32,579 nt of DNA from a bacterium (GTDB taxonomy: Bacteria > Zhuqueibacterota > Zhuqueibacteria > Oceanimicrobiales > Oceanimicrobiaceae): assembly GCA_046758365.1 (NCBI GenBank), contig JBHIAC010000023.1, forward strand, positions 1 to 32,579. The letters are read 5' to 3'. Shown piece by piece: positions 27,356 to 32,579 of this stretch. The notes under the pieces were generated by a model that had not been told where the DNA came from, searched no databases, and worked only from the letters and a program-made list of their open reading frames with translations. How positions within the stretch are numbered: position 1 is the stretch's first letter; every line of letters starts with the position of its first letter. Both the position numbers and the translations under genes were made by a program.

Positions 27356-30034
27356 TTAAGCTGCTAAACTTTGCAGATTTGACTTGAGCTTAACCAGATT
27401 TGACTCAAAGTCTGATTTCTTTTTCTTCTCTCGGGTGATTATCTCTTTTGGGGCCTTGTTTAAAAAATCTTGACTTTGCAATTTTGTATTTAGCGCTTCC
27501 AATTGCTTCTCTATCCGAGATATCTCTTTTCGCAAGCGTGCTTTTTCTACTTTAAAGTCAATCAGTCCCTTTAAAGGAAGGAATATTTCCAAATTATTAA
27601 CTACTGAACTAGCGGCTTTTTTAGGCTTTTTAGTTTTGTTCTTACATTCGAGTTGGTCAATTTTGGCTAAATGTTCAAAATATTCTTTATAGGATTTAAT
27701 GAGATTTAAATATTTTCCATTAGGGCCAGAAATAATAACATTGGCCGTTTTATTGGGCGGAATATTCATTTCACCCCGAATATTTCTGATAGCCCCAATA
27801 ACGTTCTGGATAATATCCAAATCATTTTCCACGCTGTCATTAATAAACGCTCGACACTCGGATGGCCAATTTGAAATCATTATGCTTTCTGGATCACGCT
27901 CTGTACGAATCTTCATCCATAATTCCTCGGTGATGAATGGAATAAATGGATGAAGCATTTGCAGTATGCCTTTCATCACTATCACCGCAACACCTAATGC
28001 AATTTTCTTCACTTCCGATTCATCTTTATTGTAAAGTCGATGCTTAATTAATTCCAAATACCAGTCACAATATTCTCTCCAGAAAAAGCTATAAATGGCA
28101 TCCGTAGCTTCATGAAATTTAAATTGCTCCAAACCTCTAGAGACTTTCCTTATGGTTTTTTGAAAACGACTAAGAATCCATCGGTCGGACAAATCTAAAG
28201 CATTCTCTTCTAAAGCTTTTCGAACAAATTCTAGATTGCCATGTTTCAGGTCCGTTTCTTCAATATTCATCCACAAAAATCTAAAGGCATTCCAAAGTTT
28301 GTTCGAAAAATTTCGACCAATTTCGAAATCATTTTCAGATAAATTTATATCTTGGCCTTCAGCAGAGAGTACCAGCAGAGAAAATCTTACCGCATCGGCA
28401 CTATATTTTTCCACCATTTCAAGGGGGTCGATGCCGTTGCCTAGGGATTTGCTCATTTTGCGACCTTGTGCATCCTTTATAATGCCGTTAAAATAAACAT
28501 CGTGAAAAGGAATGTCACCCATAAATTCCAAGCCCATCATAACCATTCGCGCCACCCAGAAGAATATAATATCAGGACCGGTTACAAGGGTATCGGTAGG
28601 ATAAAAATATTTCAGCTCTTTTGTCTTTTTAGGCCAACCCAACGTTGCGAAAGGCCATAGCTGAGACGAAAACCAGGTATCTAAAACGTCTGGGTCTTGC
28701 TTAAAATTTTGATTGTTGCATTTCTGACAATTAGACGGAGATTCAATTGAAGCTACGACCGCATCACAATCCAGACAGTAGTAAATTGGAATCCTATGTC
28801 CCCACCAAATCTGGCGGCTGATGCACCAGTCATGTATGTTCTCAAGCCATTGGATAAATACTTTGGTCCAACGGCCTGGATGTAACTTAATTTTTCCATC
28901 TCTAACCGCCTGTAATGCTGGCTCAGCTAAAGGCCTCATTTTCACAAACCACTGCATAGATAGATACGGTTCGATAACCGTATTACAGCGGTAACAGTGA
29001 CCCACAGAGTGACTATGGTCTTCTAATTTCTCGATAAATCCACCATTCTTTAAATCCTGTAGTAAATGTTTGCGTGCTTTGAGCCGATCCATACCAGAAT
29101 ACTTACCAGCGTTATCGTTCATAGAGGCATCTTCGTTCATCACATTAATTGGAACAAGATTATGCCTTTGTCCAATTAAAAAATCATTGGGGTCGTGGGC
29201 TGGTGTAACTTTAACCGCGCCGGTTGCAAAATCCATTTCAACCATTTCATCCGCAATGATTGGCAATTCCCTGCCCAAAATGGGAAGAGTGGCTACTTTT
29301 CCTATGAGTTCTTGAAATCGTTCATCTTTAGGATGAACAGCCACCGCTACATCTCCTAACATGGTTTCAGGTCGAGTTGTTGCTACCGTTATAAAAAGAT
29401 TGGAACCAGTGATTGGATACTTTATATACCAAAGATTTCCCTTATGTTCTTGGTGTGCAACTTCTTCATCTGAAAGGGCGGTTTGGCAACGTGGACACCA
29501 ATTGATAATGTATTTGCTCTTGAAGATAAGACCTTTATTATAAAGGCGCACAAATACTTCAAGTACAGCACGAGACAAGCCTTTGTCCATGGTAAAACGT
29601 TCTCTTACCCAGTCACAGGAAAACCCCATCTTTTTCAACTGTTCAATGATTGTTCGGCCACTTTTTTCGCGCCACTGCCAAACTAACTCTACAAATTTTT
29701 CTCGACCTAAATCATGTCGGGTTTTCTTTTGCTCTTTCCACAAATATCTCTCAACCACGTTTTGTGTAGCTATGCCTGCATGATCCGTACCAGGAAACCA
29801 GAGCGCCTCCTTGTCTTGCATCCTATGATAGCGGATGAGAATGTCCTGAAACATATTGTTATAAGCATGACCCATGTGGAGTACATCTGTCACATTGGGT
29901 GGCGGAATTACAATGGTATACGGTTTCCGTTCAGAATTTACCTCGGCGTGGAAATAATTTTGTTCAAGCCAAAACTTATATAGCCGATCTTCGACGTCTT
30001 TAGGATCATAAACTTTCGGTAATTCTGAAAGCAT
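27356..30034 (-). CDS. valS: Valine--tRNA ligase
   Basis: PPPNVT..LHMGH, DHAGIATQ, ATTRPET, WCISRQ.WWGH, DTWFSS, KMSKS and a C-terminal coiled coil. Confidence 0.98.
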   Translation of the reverse strand: MLSELPKVYDPKDVEDRLYKFWLEQNYFHAEVNSERKPYTIVIPPPNVTDVLHMGHAYNNMFQDILIRYHRMQDKEALWFPGTDHAGIATQNVVERYLWKEQKKTRHDLGREKFVELVWQWREKSGRTIIEQLKKMGFSCDWVRERFTMDKGLSRAVLEVFVRLYNKGLIFKSKYIINWCPRCQTALSDEEVAHQEHKGNLWYIKYPITGSNLFITVATTRPETMLGDVAVAVHPKDERFQELIGKVATLPILGRELPIIADEMVEMDFATGAVKVTPAHDPNDFLIGQRHNLVPINVMNEDASMNDNAGKYSGMDRLKARKHLLQDLKNGGFIEKLEDHSHSVGHCYRCNTVIEPYLSMQWFVKMRPLAEPALQAVRDGKIKLHPGRWTKVFIQWLENIHDWCISRQIWWGHRIPIYYCLDCDAVVASIESPSNCQKCNNQNFKQDPDVLDTWFSSQLWPFATLGWPKKTKELKYFYPTDTLVTGPDIIFFWVARMVMMGLEFMGDIPFHDVYFNGIIKDAQGRKMSKSLGNGIDPLEMVEKYSADAVRFSLLVLSAEGQDINLSENDFEIGRNFSNKLWNAFRFLWMNIEETDLKHGNLEFVRKALEENALDLSDRWILSRFQKTIRKVSRGLEQFKFHEATDAIYSFFWREYCDWYLELIKHRLYNKDESEVKKIALGVAVIVMKGILQMLHPFIPFITEELWMKIRTERDPESIMISNWPSECRAFINDSVENDLDIIQNVIGAIRNIRGEMNIPPNKTANVIISGPNGKYLNLIKSYKEYFEHLAKIDQLECKNKTKKPKKAASSVVNNLEIFLPLKGLIDFKVEKARLRKEISRIEKQLEALNTKLQSQDFLNKAPKEIITREKKKKSDFESNLVKLKSNLQSLAA

Positions 30035-30091
30035 AAATACTCCAAAAGATAAATGAATTCATATTTATATAGGTCATTTTAATAACCTGCA

Positions 30092-30120
30092 AATATACAA
30101 ATATTGTTTTTCAATGTCAA
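30092..30120 (-). promoter_or_regulatory. Sigma70-type promoter of valS
   Basis: Minus strand TTGACA, 17 nt, TATATT, ending about 58 bp before the valS start. Confidence 0.75.
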
Positions 30121-30197
30121 TAACTTAACGATTCGACATTGAAAATCGTTGTAAACAAATCGAATTGTAATTTAGTTGCAATGGAATGCGTTGAGTA

Positions 30198-30249
30198 GCA
30201 GGGTTGAATTCATTTGACCATAGATTTCGTCGCATGAATTCGACTTTAC
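30198..30249. repeat. Degenerate GTAG-type REP doublet
   Basis: GCAGGGTTGAATTCATTTGAC ... GTCGCATGAATTCGACTTTAC, 15/21 complementary, each arm weakly self-palindromic. Confidence 0.55.
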
Positions 30250-30458
30250 AAGTTCTTGGACAGGTCGGCATACGATGAATCCGACATGGGTGACCTAGGT
30301 GAGAGGGCCGCCATCAGATAAGTGAAATAGTGAATCGACGCAAGGAGCGCTTTTCCCTGCACCGTGCGGCTTGTGCAACTTTATCGCAAATTCTCTATTG
30401 CGTATATAAGAAATAGCTTACCAAAACGAATACAGCCGTTTTTAAAGATTGACCACCA

Positions 30459-31199
30459 TCAATTTTTGACGGAAACAGCTTCTTCAGTCATTGAAGTATC
30501 AGTTGTTTCTTTATGCATGCTTTCTCCGGGCCCTAACATTTCCCGCAGCTCTGGCAGAAAAATCGATCCTGCAAAATCCGGATTATTAATGATAGCAGTG
30601 ATTTTTTCTCTTTGCTTTTCCGCATCCTTCTCAGCTAAAGCTTTGGTGGTCAATATAGTCACAGCAACATCTGCTTCTTTGTATGAAATATCCCTGTTCT
30701 TGATCCAACCCTTTTTTTTCCTTTTATTGCCAACGACCTCCAGCCAGTCATCTGCTTCAGAAACCACGGCCACCATGTTCATGGGCTCGAAAAAATCATC
30801 TGTTACAGTTAAAAGATCAGGCCGCTTATAAATAAATGCCTTTTGGGTGATGGCAGCGGCTTTGGCCTTTGGAACCAGAAGATAGGATGAAGTCCAGCCT
30901 TCCTTACCATCAGATAATTTGATTTTGTAATATTCTCTGTTCTTATCTGTTGAATCCACCACTGTATCCCCTAACCAAATAACTTGTTCACCCAGAGAAA
31001 TCGTGGAAAGCAATTTAGCTTTTCGAGAAGGCTCAGACCGCAGAGAAGCGCCGTCCCAGATGCAAACAGCAACCACTTCCGGTTTAATCATGGGTGTAGT
31101 TTGCTGCTCAGTTTGTTGCTTTGATTGATCACCGCATGCTAAAAAGATAAAAATTGTAGCCAGTCCCAGTAAGCCCCACAACACTCTTTTGCAACTCAT
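30459..31199 (-). CDS. Lipoprotein with bacterial SH3-like domain(s)
   Basis: Lipobox FLAC; LRSEPS...LGEQV...YYKI.LSDGKEGW and a second DWLEV...KGWI repeat; GGAGG SD. Confidence 0.8.
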   Translation of the reverse strand: MSCKRVLWGLLGLATIFIFLACGDQSKQQTEQQTTPMIKPEVVAVCIWDGASLRSEPSRKAKLLSTISLGEQVIWLGDTVVDSTDKNREYYKIKLSDGKEGWTSSYLLVPKAKAAAITQKAFIYKRPDLLTVTDDFFEPMNMVAVVSEADDWLEVVGNKRKKKGWIKNRDISYKEADVAVTILTTKALAEKDAEKQREKITAIINNPDFAGSIFLPELREMLGPGESMHKETTDTSMTEEAVSVKN

Positions 31200-31297
31200 C
31201 TTTCCTCCTAATAAATTAGTGAAGATTAAATTAATAAATGTCTCTTTGGCTATTTCTATTTTTTATTTTCTGAATTAAGCTCCTTAACGAATAGTTT

Positions 31298-31326
31298 AAT
31301 ATATCAAATCCAAGCAAAATTGGCAA
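31298..31326 (-). promoter_or_regulatory. Sigma70-type promoter upstream of the SH3 lipoprotein gene
   Basis: Minus strand TTGCCA, 17 nt, TATATT, with a TGn extended -10. Confidence 0.6.
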
Positions 31327-31537
31327 GAAAAATTACAACCTTCTGACGATGAATTTAAAACAAGATTTTCTTTTTTTAAACCACAAGAAGGGGAAAGAGT
31401 GGAGAGTGGCCAAAAAATTGAATCCAACATACTATTCACTACTTATTACAGTGCTCCCTTTACTATTTACCATTTTACCTTTGTCATTTTACCCACCACG
31501 ATCGTGCTGATATGCACATGCTGAGCGATTAATAAAC

Positions 31538-32260
31538 TCAATAAGGGAAACCATCCAAGTCTTGATCTTCCTCCTCCTCACTACGCCGCAGGACTTCGAG
31601 GGAGCCAGGACTGGAAGAAACATACCGTCTTACGATTTCGGGCACCACCATATGGCCCGCTTCTTCATCTTCTGGCCAACATGAATTACCATCAGCTTCG
31701 CACCAAGGGCGCTGAACACACCCGGGACAGTAACCTTCGCAGCCAGTGATATGCCAACGGCCTGCGGCAATGAATTCAAATTCTTCTTCCAAAACCTCAC
31801 GAAGGAGGATATAGACCAGCCTGGGAGGAAGGCCTTCATTGAAATCAATGCAAAAATAACTATCGGCTAAATGTGCGAAGAGCCGTTCCAACTCCGCTTC
31901 TATTTCTTTATCGGTTATGGTGTCTGGCTCTATCAAAAGAAACTTGCCAGTAAGCTGATCCTTCATTTTTGCCCGCACCGGCTTGCCCTTTATCCAGAGT
32001 TCAAAAATGAGCCAATCGCTGTCCGGCTCGATATCGGGGTCAACCGGTGGAAAGAGGTAGCCTTCGGTTTCTAATTTCTCCCGATCAGGACACGCTTGAT
32101 ATTTCGTAACCCAATCCAGCAAATGCTGGAGTTGGCGATTTTCTAATTCCAGGTCATCTGGCGTTGGGTGCCAGACCTGGAGGAGATCGAGACCTCTTAG
32201 GGTGAATTCGTTTTTGAAGGTTTCGTTTTCGAGATAAATGTCGAGGGAATCATGGTTCAT
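31538..32260 (-). CDS. Acidic hypothetical protein with a C-terminal Cys cluster
   Basis: 240-aa ORF with GGGGAG SD; GCEGYCPGCVQRPWCEADGNSC. Confidence 0.75.
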   Translation of the reverse strand: MNHDSLDIYLENETFKNEFTLRGLDLLQVWHPTPDDLELENRQLQHLLDWVTKYQACPDREKLETEGYLFPPVDPDIEPDSDWLIFELWIKGKPVRAKMKDQLTGKFLLIEPDTITDKEIEAELERLFAHLADSYFCIDFNEGLPPRLVYILLREVLEEEFEFIAAGRWHITGCEGYCPGCVQRPWCEADGNSCWPEDEEAGHMVVPEIVRRYVSSSPGSLEVLRRSEEEEDQDLDGFPY

Positions 32261-32286
32261 GATTTTTTCTCCCCTTGACCCAGATT

Positions 32287-32556
32287 TTATTTATAGACAT
32301 CACCTCTGAAATCGATTCTGTCTACAAAGATTTTTCGATGGTCAAAATCGGTCTTGAAGATGATACGCATCTTTCCAGTTCTGATCCTGAAAAAATCTTT
32401 CCAATCACCTTTCATCTTCTTGAGATCGACTTTTCCTTCTTTGCCTTGCAATTTGTAGATGGCTCTTCTTAAATGTGAAATGATTTCGTCATCACGAATT
32501 CCATTTTTCTTGATAAACTTTTGTGATGCTTTGCTAATTTCAATATGCCACTTCAT
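32287..32556 (-). CDS. RelE/ParE family type II toxin
   Basis: 89 aa, basic; KKMKG....FRIRTGKMRIIF......IFVDRID.RGDVYK. Confidence 0.85.
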   Translation of the reverse strand: MKWHIEISKASQKFIKKNGIRDDEIISHLRRAIYKLQGKEGKVDLKKMKGDWKDFFRIRTGKMRIIFKTDFDHRKIFVDRIDFRGDVYK

Positions 32557-32579
32557 AATTCGGTCTCGATCACCCGATC
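32553..32579 (-). CDS. C-terminus of the probable cognate antitoxin (truncated by window edge)
   Basis: DRVIETEL* with TGA overlapping the toxin ATG (ATGA). Only 9 codons are visible. Confidence 0.5.
   Translation of the reverse strand, partial: DRVIETEL

Noticed and set aside
30035..30458. T-box riboswitch for valS
   Set aside because: No GGTGGNACCGCG T-box or terminator was seen, and the promoter leaves only a short leader.
31391..31495. Possible decayed octamer repeat (GAGTGGA.. / TTTTACC units)
   Set aside because: Too degenerate to distinguish from low-complexity background by eye.
384..32472. Short antisense or overlapping ORFs in the track (e.g. 384-611, 2109-2303, 6597-6917, 15164-15541, 30364-30831, 32275-32472)
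   Set aside because: They are shadows of well-supported genes and show no recognisable motifs.

Overview
AT-rich bacterial chromosomal window; the gene mix suggests an FCB-group lineage such as KSB1 or Calditrichota (inference). Almost all genes are on the minus strand. The backbone runs valS, DUF4139, recG, DUF1844, two SAM methyltransferases, a DUF2723/TMEM260-like membrane glycosyltransferase, DUF4837, purE, an NCS2 permease, a PfkB kinase, rmlD, a polyprenol-P-mannose synthase, a GT2/sugar-transferase fusion, accA and trm112, then GT2, rmlC, an SDR epimerase and a second rmlD. The right end carries a RelE-type toxin module. The unusual content is mobile or structured DNA. (1) There are two canonical attC sites (251-381 on +, 4519-4647 on -) and no integrase in the window. 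Each lies downstream of a related hydrolase C-terminus; the complete gene is a Ser/Thr kinase-FGE-hydrolase. For the second site a matching G|TTATAC core at 8503-8509 delimits an apparent ~4 kb solo integron cassette inserted between trm112 and GT2. (2) Inside that cassette, a RAYT transposase has 33-bp REP palindromes on both sides, in frame within its own gene, and as a variant in frame within the kinase. (3) An Avd/IVS-like four-helix-bundle gene is enclosed by heptamer-periodic inverted repeats. (4) Many intergenic gaps hold different, often nested, inverted-repeat elements.
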